In this document: positions 54,903-64,000 of the stretch, one piece after another
How the letters are laid out: each line of letters opens with the position of its first letter
How positions within the stretch are numbered: the first letter of the stretch is position 1
DNA from: an uncultured Gammaproteobacteria bacterium
GTDB lineage: Bacteria > Pseudomonadota > Gammaproteobacteria > Pseudomonadales > JAHEGP01
DNA length: 64,000 bases
Direction: 5' to 3'
Assembly: GCA_963751595.1 (NCBI GenBank)
Contig: CAVVVC010000003.1
Span: 70,034 to 134,033, forward strand
Translations under genes and position numbers: made by a program
The notes under the pieces: model-generated
The model's input: only the letters and a program-made list of their open reading frames with translations
Databases searched by the model: none
Told to the model about the DNA's origin: nothing

Positions 54903-56237
54903 ATGCAACAGGCTAACTTTGTCGGCTGGAAAAGCCGCTGGACTTTTATTCTCGCCGCTACCGGCTCCGCAGTGGGTCTGGGCAATATCTGGAAATTTCC
55001 CTACATTGCGGGGGAATACGGCGGCGGCGCCTTTGTGCTGGTTTACCTCGCCTGCATACTTTTCGTGGGCATACCGGTGATGATCGCCGAGATCAGCATT
55101 GGTCGCTTCGGCCGAACCGACCCGATCCACAGCACGGTGCGCGCGGCGCAGGACGCAAAAACCTCTACCGCGTGGTCGTTTATCGGCTTTCTGGGCGTGC
55201 TCGCAGGGCTGATGATTCTGATGTTTTACAGCGTCGTCGCGGGCTGGGCCCTGGACTACGTCTGGCAAAGCGCCAGCGGGGCCTACTCCGAGCTCCAGGC
55301 CCCCGCCATCGAGGAGAACTTCAAGCAACTGGCGAGCAATGATACCCGGCAGCTTGCCTGGCACAGCCTGTTTATCGTCCTCACCGGCTCTGTGGTCGCC
55401 GTGGGTGTCGTCCGGGGTATTGGCACCGTGGTCGATGTCCTGATGCCCATACTGTTCATTCTGTTGCTGGTACTGCTGGGCTACAGCTATGCCAATGGGG
55501 ATTTCGAAGCCGGACTCAGGTTTATGTTCAGGTTCGATTTCAGCAAGCTTACGGCGGAGGCAGTACTCACCGCCCTTGGGCATGCCTTTTTCACGCTCAG
55601 TCTCGGTATGGGAGCGATTATGGCTTACGGCGCCTACATGCCGGAAAGCAGCTCGGTGGCAAAGACAACAATGATCATCGCGCTGCTGGATACACTGATC
55701 GCGTTGATCGCCGGGATGGCCATTTTCCCATTGGTTTTCGCAAACAATCTCGAGCCCGGCCAGGGCGCGGGGCTGATGTTCGCGACCCTGCCGGTGGCAT
55801 TTTCCAGCATGCCCGGTGGCGTCATTTTCAGCACGCTGTTCTTCCTGCTGGTTTCGATAGCGGCACTCAGTTCATCCATTTCCCTGATCGAGCCCGGTGT
55901 CGCCTGGCTCGAGCGGCAGGGTGTGCGGCGGGTATGGTCCACCCTCGTGTTCTCGCTGATTGGCTGGGCGGGGGGCGTCGCCTGCATTTATATTCCCGGG
56001 GTTTTCGACAGCCTCGACTTTGCCACCGCCAACGTCATGCTTCCCCTTGGTGGACTCTTGATCGCCATATTCGTTGGCTGGATCATGCGCCGCAACACGG
56101 TGCGCAAACAGCTACGGGACAGCAGCGAGTTGATGTTCAATATCTGGTATGTCATCACCCGCTTTATCGCGCCAGCCGGGGTCATCGCGATTTTCCTGTA
56201 TCAGCTGGGTGTACTCCAGAAGCTCGGATGGATATAG
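54903..56237 (+). CDS. sodium-dependent transporter, neurotransmitter:sodium symporter (SNF) family
   Basis: WKSRWTFILAATGSAVGLGNIWKFPYIAGEYGGGAF is the NSS signature; about 11-12 TM helices. Start trimmed to ATG 54903. Confidence 0.9.
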   Translation: MQQANFVGWKSRWTFILAATGSAVGLGNIWKFPYIAGEYGGGAFVLVYLACILFVGIPVMIAEISIGRFGRTDPIHSTVRAAQDAKTSTAWSFIGFLGVLAGLMILMFYSVVAGWALDYVWQSASGAYSELQAPAIEENFKQLASNDTRQLAWHSLFIVLTGSVVAVGVVRGIGTVVDVLMPILFILLLVLLGYSYANGDFEAGLRFMFRFDFSKLTAEAVLTALGHAFFTLSLGMGAIMAYGAYMPESSSVAKTTMIIALLDTLIALIAGMAIFPLVFANNLEPGQGAGLMFATLPVAFSSMPGGVIFSTLFFLLVSIAALSSSISLIEPGVAWLERQGVRRVWSTLVFSLIGWAGGVACIYIPGVFDSLDFATANVMLPLGGLLIAIFVGWIMRRNTVRKQLRDSSELMFNIWYVITRFIAPAGVIAIFLYQLGVLQKLGWI

Positions 56238-56341
56238 GTATAGGCCGAAGTGACCTGCTGCCGAATAAAGGAACGAACAGGACACAAAGTCTTGCCAGTG
56301 ACCCGGGTTCGCACTAATGTGGACGGCTATTGATCCAAGGG

Positions 56342-56378
56342 CGCACCAGTTTGGATCGCAACGCACCATTTTGGGACA
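56342..56378 (+). promoter_or_regulatory. two NtrC-type enhancer half-palindromes upstream of glnA
   Basis: CGCACCAgttTGGATCG (56342-56358) and CGCACCAtttTGGGACA (56362-56378) match TGCACCA-N3-TGGTGCA at 10/14 and 11/14. Their centres are 20 bp apart and about 110-130 bp upstream of the sigma54 promoter. Confidence 0.5.
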
Positions 56379-56453
56379 CAGTGCCGGTTCAAAACCGTGC
56401 ACTGGCGTAGCCGGGGTCGGCGGAGTCCCCCAGAACCGGGCCCCCGAAGGTTA

Positions 56454-56469
56454 TGGCACGATTTTTGCT
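56454..56469 (+). promoter_or_regulatory. sigma54 (-24/-12) promoter of glnA
   Basis: TGGCACGATTTTTGCT is an exact fit to TGGCACG-N4-TTGCW, about 100 nt upstream of the glnA ATG. Confidence 0.8.
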
Positions 56470-56572
56470 GCCACTGGCACAGATACTGCGCGAGGCTATT
56501 GGTGACAGGCGCCCGCGACAGTGACCAATTTAATATCTGGCGAAAGCCACCACACCCGATGGAGGAATTGCA

Positions 56573-57979
56573 ATGTCCGAGCGAACCATGAAACTGCTCA
56601 AAGAAAATGAAGCGCGCTGGGTTGACCTGCGATTTACGGACACCAAAGGTAAAGAACAGCACGTCACCATTCCGGCCTCAGAGGTTGACGACGACTTTTT
56701 CGAAGACGGCAAAATGTTCGACGGCTCATCAATCAGCGGCTGGAAGGGCATCAACGAATCCGACATGATCATGATGCCCGACGACGAAACCGCGGTACTC
56801 GACCCGTTCACCGACGAACCCACGGTCAACCTGCGCTGCGATATCCTCGAGCCATCAACCGGCCAGGGCTACGACCGCGACCCTCGCTCTATTGCCGAGC
56901 GTGCCGAAGAGTACCTCAAGAGCACCGGCATTGGTGACACCGTATTGTTTGGACCGGAGCCGGAGTTCTTCGTATTCGACGACGTCAAATGGCACGCCGA
57001 CATCAGCGGCGCGGGCTACTCGATCAACTCGGAGGAAGCCTCCTGGGCGTCTTCACACAATATCGAAGGCGGCAACACCGGCCACCGCCCGCGCCTCAAA
57101 GGCGGTTATTTCCCGGTTCCTCCGGTAGATTCCCTCCACGACCTGCGCGCTGCCATGTGTAACGCCATGGAAGCAATGGGCCTTGGCGTAGAAGTCCATC
57201 ACCACGAAGTAGGCACGGCGGGCCAGTGCGAGATTGGCGTCACCGCCAATACCCTGACCAAAAAAGCCGATGAGGTGCAAATCCTCAAATACTGCGTCCA
57301 CAACGTTGCCCATTCTTATGGCAAGACCGCCACATTCATGCCCAAGCCCCTGGTTGGTGACAACGGCTCCGGCATGCACGTCCACATGTCGATCAGCAAG
57401 GACGGCAAGAACATGATGGCGGGTGACGGTTACGCCGGACTTTCGGAAACCGCACTCTACTTTATTGGTGGGATCATCAAGCATGCCCGGGCCCTCAACG
57501 CCTATACCAACGGCTCTACCAACTCCTACAAGCGCCTGGTACCCGGCTTCGAGGCACCGGTCATGTTGGCCTATTCGGCCCGCAACCGCTCCGCGTCGAT
57601 TCGTATTCCCCATGTCACCAGCCCCAAGGCCCGCCGCATCGAAGCGCGCTTCCCGGACCCGTCGGCCAACCCCTACCTGGCGTTTGCCGCGCTGCTGATG
57701 GCGGGTATCGACGGAATCCAGAACAAGATTCACCCCGGCGACCCCCGCGACAAGGACCTGTACGACCTGCCAGCCCATGAAGAAGCAGAAATCCCCACTG
57801 TTGCCAGCAGTCTCGAGCAGGCACTGGCGGCGCTGGATGCCGACCGCGCCTTCCTGACCGCCGGCGGCGTCTTCTCCGACGACGGCATCGACGCCTACAT
57901 CGCCCTGAAGGAAGCCGAAATCGAGAAGCTGAATATGACCACTCACCCGGTTGAGTTCGATTTGTACTTCTCTGTTTAA
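56573..57979 (+). CDS. glnA: glutamine synthetase type I
   Basis: 468 aa. Contains [24 protein letters not shown], and adenylylation-loop ...KDLYDLP... Confidence 0.98.
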   Translation: MSERTMKLLKENEARWVDLRFTDTKGKEQHVTIPASEVDDDFFEDGKMFDGSSISGWKGINESDMIMMPDDETAVLDPFTDEPTVNLRCDILEPSTGQGYDRDPRSIAERAEEYLKSTGIGDTVLFGPEPEFFVFDDVKWHADISGAGYSINSEEASWASSHNIEGGNTGHRPRLKGGYFPVPPVDSLHDLRAAMCNAMEAMGLGVEVHHHEVGTAGQCEIGVTANTLTKKADEVQILKYCVHNVAHSYGKTATFMPKPLVGDNGSGMHVHMSISKDGKNMMAGDGYAGLSETALYFIGGIIKHARALNAYTNGSTNSYKRLVPGFEAPVMLAYSARNRSASIRIPHVTSPKARRIEARFPDPSANPYLAFAALLMAGIDGIQNKIHPGDPRDKDLYDLPAHEEAEIPTVASSLEQALAALDADRAFLTAGGVFSDDGIDAYIALKEAEIEKLNMTTHPVEFDLYFSV

Positions 57980-58003
57980 AGTTCGGCCACCCGGCAACCC
58001 CAA

Positions 58004-58028
58004 AACCCGCTAACCCAGCGGGTTTTTT
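58004..58028 (+). terminator. Rho-independent terminator after glnA
   Basis: AACCCGC-taaccca-GCGGGTT stem (7 bp) running into TTTTTT, 25 nt after the glnA stop. Confidence 0.75.
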
Positions 58029-58032
58029 ATGT

Positions 58033-58191
58033 ACAGGATGTACGGTATGGCGCGGGGGCAGGGATGCCCAGGAGCGCCTATGACAGGATGTACGGTATGG
58101 CGCGGGGGCAGGGATGCCCAGGAGCGCCTATGACAGGATGTACGGTATGGCGCGGGGGCAGGGATGCCCGGGAGCGTCGATGGGCAGGATG
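58033..58191. repeat. 50-bp tandem direct repeat, 3.2 copies
   Basis: Units 58033-58082 and 58083-58132 are identical. Unit 58133-58182 has 3 mismatches, and a partial fourth copy (GCAGGATG) follows. Each unit holds the imperfect palindrome GGCGC-GG-GGGCA-GGGA-TGCCC-AGGA-GCGCC. Confidence 0.95.
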
Positions 58192-58293
58192 ACCTCCCAA
58201 CCCCATTGCGCCTGCCAGGCGCTGATCATAAGACCTCGCGGCGGGGCGACCGATGCAATGCTGCCCCATCAATTCAGCCTGTTCGACGGCAAC

Positions 58294-58310
58294 TGCACCA
58301 TACCGGCGCA
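58294..58310 (+). promoter_or_regulatory. NtrC-type binding site
   Basis: TGCACCAtacCGGCGCA matches TGCACCA-N3-TGGTGCA at 12/14. Confidence 0.5.
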
Positions 58311-58360
58311 ATCGACTGCCCGGCCATAGCCACCATTTAGGCTTGCATGTCAGTCTTCAA

Positions 58361-58377
58361 TGCACAATATTGGTGCG
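58361..58377 (+). promoter_or_regulatory. NtrC-type binding site
   Basis: TGCACAAtatTGGTGCG matches the consensus at 12/14. Confidence 0.55.
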
Positions 58378-58464
58378 AATAGGGCAAGGCACGTGCTATT
58401 CCGATCCCGGGCGCACACTGCGATAACAGCCCGTGCTCAGTAAATTCAGCATTCCCAGGCCAAC

Positions 58465-58490
58465 TGCACAACATTGGTTCGTTTTTTGCA
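58465..58490 (+). promoter_or_regulatory. NtrC-type site overlapping a sigma54-like -24/-12 motif (or a sigma70 promoter) just upstream of ntrB
   Basis: TGCACAAcatTGGTTCG matches at 11/14 (58465-58481). TGGTTCGTTTTTTGCA (58475-58490) has the GG-N10-GC spacing of sigma54 promoters. An alternative reading is TTGGTT-N18-TAGCTA (sigma70). Confidence 0.4.
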
Positions 58491-58523
58491 TACAGGCTAG
58501 CTAGCGAAAGTGCCAGCGGAGTA

Positions 58524-59636
58524 ATGAACCGAGCGATGTTCCCCAAACGAAAGCCCATGGCCATCGATTACCATGACAACCCACTACTGGATAACCTGGC
58601 CACCGCCATCATGCTGGTGGATGCAAACCTGCGCATCCAGTATCTCAACTCCGCAGCCGAAATGTTGTTGGAGCTCAGCGGCAACCGGGCACTGGGGCTG
58701 AATGTCGACCAGCTGCTCATGGAGAGTGGCAAGCCCCTGGCAGAACTTTCCCAAACCCTCGAGACCCGCATGCCGTATACCAAAAGACAGGTCACCCTCG
58801 CCCTGTCCAGCGGCCAGTCTATCTCTGTTGATTACACGGTAACACCGGTTCAACTCCACCAAGCAGATTACCTGCTGCTGGAATTCCAGCCCCTCGACCG
58901 GCTGATGAAAATAAGCCGTGAAGCCTCCATTATCAGCACCCAGAAGACCAGTCGCGCGGTTATCCGAGGCCTCGCCCACGAGATTAAAAACCCCCTGGGT
59001 GGGCTGCGCGGGGCTGCCCAGTTGCTGGCCAAGGAACTCCCGAGCGAGGAATTGAAGGACTACACCGACATCATCATCGCCGAGGCTGACCGCCTGCGCA
59101 ATCTGGTAGACCGCCTGCTTGGTCCCCACAAACTCCCCGAGCACAAGCCGGTCAGCATCCACGAGGTGCTCGAACGGGTGATCAGCCTGATCTATGCCGA
59201 GACTGCCGGTCGCATTGTTTTTGTCAGGGACTATGACCCAAGTATCCCGGATCTCAATGGCGACAAGGGCAAGTTGATCCAGGCCATTCTCAATATCGTT
59301 CGCAACGCCATGCAGGCCTTCAAGGGCAACGATGTTTTTACCCCGGAGATTAAGCTGGAAACCCGGATTCTTCGGCAATTCACCGTCGGCGATAAACGCC
59401 ACCGTCTGGTCTGCCGGGTCGACATCGTGGATAACGGCCCGGGCATCCCCCCCGAAATCCTGCAAACCGTTTTCTTTCCCATGGTCAGCGGGCGCGCGGA
59501 GGGCACCGGCCTCGGCTTATCCATCGCCCAATCCATCGTGAACCAGCACCGGGGCCTGATAGAGTGCATCAGCCAGCCCGGGGAAACCCGCTTCACCCTT
59601 TACCTGCCACTGGAGTCGACCGATGAGCAACCCTGA
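58524..59636 (+). CDS. glnL: nitrogen regulation sensor histidine kinase NtrB
   Basis: PAS-like N-terminus (LLDNLATAIMLVDANLRIQYLNSAAEMLL), H box GLAHEIKNPLGGLRGAAQLL, N box NIVRNAMQA and G box DNGPGIP...GTGLGLS. The start could be ATG 58557. Confidence 0.95.
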   Translation: MNRAMFPKRKPMAIDYHDNPLLDNLATAIMLVDANLRIQYLNSAAEMLLELSGNRALGLNVDQLLMESGKPLAELSQTLETRMPYTKRQVTLALSSGQSISVDYTVTPVQLHQADYLLLEFQPLDRLMKISREASIISTQKTSRAVIRGLAHEIKNPLGGLRGAAQLLAKELPSEELKDYTDIIIAEADRLRNLVDRLLGPHKLPEHKPVSIHEVLERVISLIYAETAGRIVFVRDYDPSIPDLNGDKGKLIQAILNIVRNAMQAFKGNDVFTPEIKLETRILRQFTVGDKRHRLVCRVDIVDNGPGIPPEILQTVFFPMVSGRAEGTGLGLSIAQSIVNQHRGLIECISQPGETRFTLYLPLESTDEQP

Positions 59637-61062
59637 ATACGTCTGGATTGTCGATGACGACAAGTCGATCCGTTGGGTGCTGGAAAAGGCCCTCAACCAG
59701 GCCGGCATCCGCACGTCATGCTTCGAGAGTGGTGAGGCGGCTGTCAAGCGCCTGCACCGGGAGCAGCCTGACGCCATTATCAGCGACATTCGCATGCCGG
59801 GTATGGGCGGCCTGGAACTGCTCGACACCATCGGCAGCCAGCATCCGGCGCTGCCGATCATCATCATGACGGCACATTCCGACCTCGAGAGCGCGGTTGC
59901 GTCCTACCAGGGCGGCGCCTTCGAATACCTGCCCAAGCCCTTTGACATTGATGATGCCGTAGCCGTTACCCGGCGCGCCCTCGACCACGCCAGCGAGCAG
60001 CGTTCACCCAACGAACAGCTTGGCGAGGAGTCTGCGGCCACCGAGATTATCGGCGAGGCACCTGCCATGCAGGAGGTATTTCGCGCCATCGGCCGCCTCT
60101 CCCATTCCAATATAACCGTGCTTATCAACGGTGAATCCGGCACTGGTAAAGAGCTGGTTGCCAAGGCCCTGCATCGCCACAGCCCTCGCTCCCGCGGGGA
60201 GTTCATCGCCCTGAACATGGCAGCAATCCCCGGCGACCTCATGGAATCGGAGTTGTTCGGCCACGAGAAAGGTGCCTTTACCGGTGCATCGAGCATGCGC
60301 CGCGGTCGCTTCGAACAGGCCGACGGCGGCACGCTGTTCCTCGACGAGATTGGCGACATGCCGGCTGAAACCCAGACTCGCCTGCTGCGGGTGCTGGCCG
60401 ATGGCGAATTCTATCGCGTGGGCGGCCATACACCGGTCAAGGTCGATGTTCGCATCATCGCTGCCACCCATCAGAATCTGGAGACGCTGGTCAAGACCAA
60501 TCGCTTTCGCGAGGACTTGTTCCACCGCCTGAACGTGATCCGCATTCACATTCCGAAACTGGCGGAGCGACGAACAGACATCCCCAGGCTGGCCCAGCAC
60601 TTTCTGCAGCAGGCCGCAGAGGAGCTGGAGGTCGAGGCCAAGGTACTCACTCCCAGCGCCGAGACGTTTCTCACCCAATTGGACTGGCCCGGCAATGTGC
60701 GCCAGTTGCAAAACAGCTGCCGCTGGATGACGGTCATGGCATCGGGGAGGGAGATCATGCTTTCAGATCTGCCCCCGGAGCTCGGTGAACAGACCAATTC
60801 ATCAGGCGCTGCGCCGGACTGGCAGCAGCAATTGCGCGATTGGGCCGACCAGGAGCTCAAGTCGGGCAGGGAGCGCCTGCTCGACAACGCAGTACCCGCC
60901 TTCGAGCAAATCATGATAGAAGCCGCCCTGGAGCAAACCCATGGACGCCGCCGGGACGCGGCAACCCTGCTGGGTTGGGGTAGGAATACCCTGACCCGCA
61001 AGATCAAGGAGCTGGGCCTGGATATCGAGGGTGACGAAGACGCAGGCGATCCTCGACGCTAA
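59623..61062 (+). CDS. glnG: nitrogen regulation response regulator NtrC (sigma54 activator)
   Basis: Receiver [14 protein letters not shown]...[12 protein letters not shown]+ [17 protein letters not shown] loop, and a C-terminal Fis-type HTH. Overlaps ntrB by 14 nt. Confidence 0.97.
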   Translation: MSNPEYVWIVDDDKSIRWVLEKALNQAGIRTSCFESGEAAVKRLHREQPDAIISDIRMPGMGGLELLDTIGSQHPALPIIIMTAHSDLESAVASYQGGAFEYLPKPFDIDDAVAVTRRALDHASEQRSPNEQLGEESAATEIIGEAPAMQEVFRAIGRLSHSNITVLINGESGTGKELVAKALHRHSPRSRGEFIALNMAAIPGDLMESELFGHEKGAFTGASSMRRGRFEQADGGTLFLDEIGDMPAETQTRLLRVLADGEFYRVGGHTPVKVDVRIIAATHQNLETLVKTNRFREDLFHRLNVIRIHIPKLAERRTDIPRLAQHFLQQAAEELEVEAKVLTPSAETFLTQLDWPGNVRQLQNSCRWMTVMASGREIMLSDLPPELGEQTNSSGAAPDWQQQLRDWADQELKSGRERLLDNAVPAFEQIMIEAALEQTHGRRRDAATLLGWGRNTLTRKIKELGLDIEGDEDAGDPRR

Positions 61063-61535
61063 TGCTCGACCTTGTGCTTTACCAACCCGAGATACCCCCC
61101 AATACCGGTAACATCATTCGCCTGTGTGCCAATACCGGGATGCGGCTGCACCTGATTCAGCCTCTGGGATTCGAGCTCAGCGACAAGCAATGCCGCAGGG
61201 CCGGGCTGGACTATCACGAATGGGCCCGGGTCACTCAACACCGGGATTGGGAGACCTTCATCGACGCCGTCCAGCCCGCCCGCCTGTTTGCGGCGAGCAC
61301 CAAGGGCAAAAACTGCTACAGCGAAGTGCGCTACCAAACGGGGGACGCTATCGTTTTCGGCCCCGAGACCCGGGGTCTGCCGGGCACTCTGCTCGCGTCA
61401 CTGCCTATTGACCGGGTTATCCGAATTCCCATGCTCGAAAACAGTCGGTCACTCAACCTATCGAACAGCGTCGCGGTCGTGGCCTACGAAGCGTGGCGGC
61501 AATGCGGGTTTGGGGGCGCCACCGCGCCCCAATAA
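61062..61535 (+). CDS. trmL: tRNA (cytidine/uridine34-2'-O)-methyltransferase (SpoU-TrmD fold)
   Basis: [26 protein letters not shown]...FGPETRGLP...IPM...[20 protein letters not shown] is nearly colinear with E. coli TrmL; 157 aa. ATG overlaps the ntrC TAA (TAATG). Confidence 0.92.
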   Translation: MLDLVLYQPEIPPNTGNIIRLCANTGMRLHLIQPLGFELSDKQCRRAGLDYHEWARVTQHRDWETFIDAVQPARLFAASTKGKNCYSEVRYQTGDAIVFGPETRGLPGTLLASLPIDRVIRIPMLENSRSLNLSNSVAVVAYEAWRQCGFGGATAPQ

Positions 61536-61611
61536 AGCAAAAGCGCTCTGCGGCGCCCCTGGCGACCCGAGCGAGTTTACAAGCCCTGGTCCACCCTGGA
61601 CCGGATACCGG

Positions 61612-62082
61612 TTAGTTGGCCGCCTTACCCTCAGCCTGCTTGGCAAGGGCCTGCTGGTAAAGCGCTTCGAAGTTGACCGGCGCTACCATGAGTGGAGGGA
61701 AACTCCCCTTGATGACCAGCGTATCCACTGTTTCCCGGGCGTAGGGAAACAGAATGTTGGGGCACATAATGTTCAGCACCTGGTGCAACTGCTGCGGCTC
61801 GAATCCATCACATCCGAAAATACCGGCCTGCTGCACTTCGACCAGAAAGGCGGGCTCGTCTTCCTGCTTGGCCGTAATCGTGAGCGTCAGAACCACTTCG
61901 TAATTCTTCTCGTCCAGCTTCTTGGTGGCCGTGTTCAGGTCCAGCTGAACCTGGGGCCGCCACTGTTTCTGGAATGCCGCATGGCCCTGGGGCGCTTCGA
62001 AGGACAAATCCTTGATGTAAATCCGTTGCAGGGCAAACTGGGGTTGCTCCGCCTGTGCGCCTGCCTGCTTCTCATCAGCCAT
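61612..62082 (-). CDS. secB: protein-export chaperone SecB
   Basis: FALQRIYIKDLSFEAPQ... LNIMCPNILFPYARE... Confidence 0.95.
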   Translation of the reverse strand: MADEKQAGAQAEQPQFALQRIYIKDLSFEAPQGHAAFQKQWRPQVQLDLNTATKKLDEKNYEVVLTLTITAKQEDEPAFLVEVQQAGIFGCDGFEPQQLHQVLNIMCPNILFPYARETVDTLVIKGSFPPLMVAPVNFEALYQQALAKQAEGKAAN

Positions 62083-62160
62083 TAACTGCTCCTCATTAGG
62101 TCTGGTATGTGGTTTGTTCTCTGCTGCCTTCGCTTGTTCTGACGAAGGCCCTTTATTGGG

Positions 62161-62433
62161 TTAGCCTGGTGCCCGGGCGGCGTCTTCGGCCAGCATGGAA
62201 TCAAGCTGACCCCGGCGCTCTAGATCGTACAGCTCGGTGCAGCCACCCACGTGTTGCTGGCCAACCCAAATTTGCGGCACGGTGCGTCGACCGCTCAGGC
62301 GGATCATCTCCTGCCGCAGCCCGGGCTCGGCATCCACCCGGATATCCCGATAGCTGACACCCTTGGCATCGAGCAGGCGCCGGGCGCGCACGCAGTAGGG
62401 GCAATACGCGGTGGTATACATCACCACCGTCAC
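62161..62433 (-). CDS. grxC: glutaredoxin 3
   Basis: VVMYTTAYCPYCVRARRLLDAKGV...GRRTVPQIWVGQQHVGGCTELY contains the CPYC active site. GTG 62433 overlaps the upstream TAG; ATG 62421 is an alternative. Confidence 0.9.
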   Translation of the reverse strand: MTVVMYTTAYCPYCVRARRLLDAKGVSYRDIRVDAEPGLRQEMIRLSGRRTVPQIWVGQQHVGGCTELYDLERRGQLDSMLAEDAARAPG

Positions 62434-62849
62434 TAGCTTTTGACCACCGGCATCTGTGACGCCGACCACTCCATCATGCCACCGTTTAGCCGATAAACTT
62501 TTTCGAAACCCCTTGCACGCAGGCGCTTGGCAACGCTGCCGGTCGTCGTTCCCATTTTGCATACCAGCACCAGCGGCCGCTCCTTGTGCTTGTCGAGCTG
62601 GTCGATGCGATCGTTTAGCTGGGCGTAGGGCATGTTCATGGCACCCACGATATGGCCCTTGCGAAACTCCTTGTCGGCGCGCACATCCAGCACCATGGCG
62701 TTCTCGTTGTTCATCAGCAACGACAGCTGGGCCGGGCTGACCTGGGGTCCGGCTTTACGCCGCTCGTATAACATCAGTACGGTTGCCAACAGCGAAAGCA
62801 AGCCAAACCAGTACCACTCCTGGCTGACAAACTGGAAAAACAATTCCAT
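62433..62849 (-). CDS. rhodanese-like domain membrane protein
   Basis: One N-terminal TM helix, then VLDVRADKEFRKGHIVGAMNMP and active-site loop VLVCKMGTTTG. Start trimmed to ATG 62849. Confidence 0.85.
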   Translation of the reverse strand: MELFFQFVSQEWYWFGLLSLLATVLMLYERRKAGPQVSPAQLSLLMNNENAMVLDVRADKEFRKGHIVGAMNMPYAQLNDRIDQLDKHKERPLVLVCKMGTTTGSVAKRLRARGFEKVYRLNGGMMEWSASQMPVVKS

Positions 62850-63005
62850 GAAAATGACCTTTGTGAACGTGCCGGATCCGGGGATGCGCAAGTATAAGGC
62901 GCAACTGCTGGCTTATCCAGAGGGGCGACACAGTGGCGCTCTGGCACCCGCCCGGGCGAAGGGCTAAAATGATAGGCTTCCCATGATTTCGGCGGTAAAC
63001 AGTTG

Positions 63006-64000
63006 ATGAATCCCAAGACGCGAAACAAACCGCTGGTGCTGATTATTCTCGATGGCTGGGGCTATCGCGAGGAAACTGATGCCAACGCCATCTACCATGC
63101 CGCCACCCCGACCTGGGACCGACTGTGGCAGCAGGCTCCCAAAACCCTGATCTCGGGATCAGGCCTCGACGTTGGCCTCCCCGAGGGACAAATGGGAAAC
63201 TCCGAGGTTGGCCACATGAGTCTCGGCGCGGGGCGCGTCATTTATCAGAACATCACCCGCATAGACCTGGCGATCGCGGACCGCTCCTTCTTCAGTAACC
63301 CGGCCTACTGCGATGCGGTTGACCGGACCATGGAAAAAGACGGGGCCGTGCACCTGCTGGGGCTGGTTTCACCAGGGGGCGTTCACAGCCACGAAAATCA
63401 TATCCTCGCCATGATCGAGCTGGCCGCCTGCAGGGGCTGCAAAAAGGTCTATGTGCACGCCTTTCTCGATGGTCGCGACACACCCCCGCGCAGTGCCGCC
63501 CAGTCCCTCGCCCGGCTGGATGCAAAACTGGCGGAGCTCAACTGCGGACGCATCGCCTCGATCGTAGGGCGCTACTACGCGATGGATCGTGACCAGCGCT
63601 GGGATCGGGTGGAAAAGGCCTGGAGGCTGCTGTGTAAGGGGGAAGCCCCGTTCACGGCCGACACGTCGGCCGCCGCCCTGGCCGCCGCCTACGACCGTGA
63701 CGAAGATGATGAGTTTGTCCAGGCGACCCGCATCCAGGCAGCCGGCGACCCCGACGGCTGTATTGTAGACGGCGACAGCGTGATCTTTATGAACTTCCGC
63801 TCCGACCGCGCGCGGGAACTCAGCCGGGTATTTCTGGACCAGGACTTCAACGACTTCGATCGCCGCGAGCGCCCGCAACTGGCGGCCTACGTCACCACCA
63901 CCCACTACGCCGACGACATCATTGCTCCCTGCGCCTTCCCCCCAGAGAGTTTGCACAATACCCTCGGGGAGTACCTGTCGGCGCTGGGCCTGCACCAGCT
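63006..64000 (+). CDS. gpmI: 2,3-bisphosphoglycerate-independent phosphoglycerate mutase, 3' end cut by window edge
   Basis: Not in the ORF track because no stop lies in the window. Hand translation: [23 protein letters not shown]...[21 protein letters not shown]...[11 protein letters not shown]...FLDGRDTPP...[15 protein letters not shown]...[12 protein letters not shown]. Confidence 0.95.
   Translation, partial: MNPKTRNKPLVLIILDGWGYREETDANAIYHAATPTWDRLWQQAPKTLISGSGLDVGLPEGQMGNSEVGHMSLGAGRVIYQNITRIDLAIADRSFFSNPAYCDAVDRTMEKDGAVHLLGLVSPGGVHSHENHILAMIELAACRGCKKVYVHAFLDGRDTPPRSAAQSLARLDAKLAELNCGRIASIVGRYYAMDRDQRWDRVEKAWRLLCKGEAPFTADTSAAALAAAYDRDEDDEFVQATRIQAAGDPDGCIVDGDSVIFMNFRSDRARELSRVFLDQDFNDFDRRERPQLAAYVTTTHYADDIIAPCAFPPESLHNTLGEYLSALGLHQ

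Noticed and set aside
56475-56489. Calling the second TGGCAC motif a separate promoter feature.
   Set aside because: The -12 element is CTGC rather than TTGC, and it lies downstream of the perfect motif. I kept it only as a low-interest finding.
58033-58191. Whether the 50-bp repeat array could be a CRISPR array.
   Set aside because: The units are directly contiguous with no spacers, the period of 50 bp equals the repeat itself, and no cas genes or leader are present. It is a tandem repeat, not a CRISPR array.
58114-58329. A 71-aa ORF starting inside the tandem repeat, and the 75-aa ORF 58337..58564 on the minus strand.
   Set aside because: The repeat period is not divisible by 3, so the frame changes from unit to unit. 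There is no RBS. The region is better explained by NtrC sites and a promoter. The minus ORF overlaps the ntrB start.
57053-59465. Long minus-strand ORFs (316 aa and 293 aa) opposite glnA and ntrB. Similar cases occur opposite ubiB (43605..44414), ntrC (60004..60711), ribA (12607..13389) and gpmI (63369..63995).
   Set aside because: All are nested antisense to genes with unmistakable catalytic motifs. None has a plausible RBS or recognisable domain.

Overview
This is a 64-kb slice of a high-GC (about 58-60% by eye) gammaproteobacterial chromosome. It is almost entirely conserved core genes. As far as I recall, their order closely mirrors the Pseudomonas-type backbone: xseB-ispA-dxs, ribA, hemE, gltDB, aroBK, pilQPONM/ponA, malic enzyme, rpmE/priA-argS, hslVU, ubiE-J-B, hisIE, tatABC, typA, glnA-ntrBC, trmL, secB-grxC, gpmI. 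I call about 60 CDS; two are cut by the window edges and absent from the ORF track, so I translated them by hand. I also call a handful of sequence-supported regulatory sites: a sigma32 promoter for hslVU, sigma54 plus NtrC sites for glnA, NtrC-type sites before ntrB, and a glnA terminator. I found no rRNA, tRNA, CRISPR array, integrase, transposase or recognisable defence genes. I do not see a convincing novel multi-gene system, and most of the window is ordinary. The items most worth a second look are: (1) a small variable islet between tatC and dtd-typA, carrying a hemerythrin / alpha-beta-fold protein with Asn in place of the nucleophile Ser / HSL-type esterase operon; (2) a 50-bp tandem repeat (3.2 copies, each unit an imperfect GC palindrome) in the unusually long glnA-ntrB spacer, next to strong NtrC-type sites; (3) an apparent homopolymer frameshift that replaces the conserved C-terminus of ispA; (4) an HslV that cannot expose Thr1 without removing a 6-residue leader; (5) a pilMNOPQ block about 10 GC points below its flanks. 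All family assignments come from motifs I can read in the translations plus memory of the families; no database search was run.
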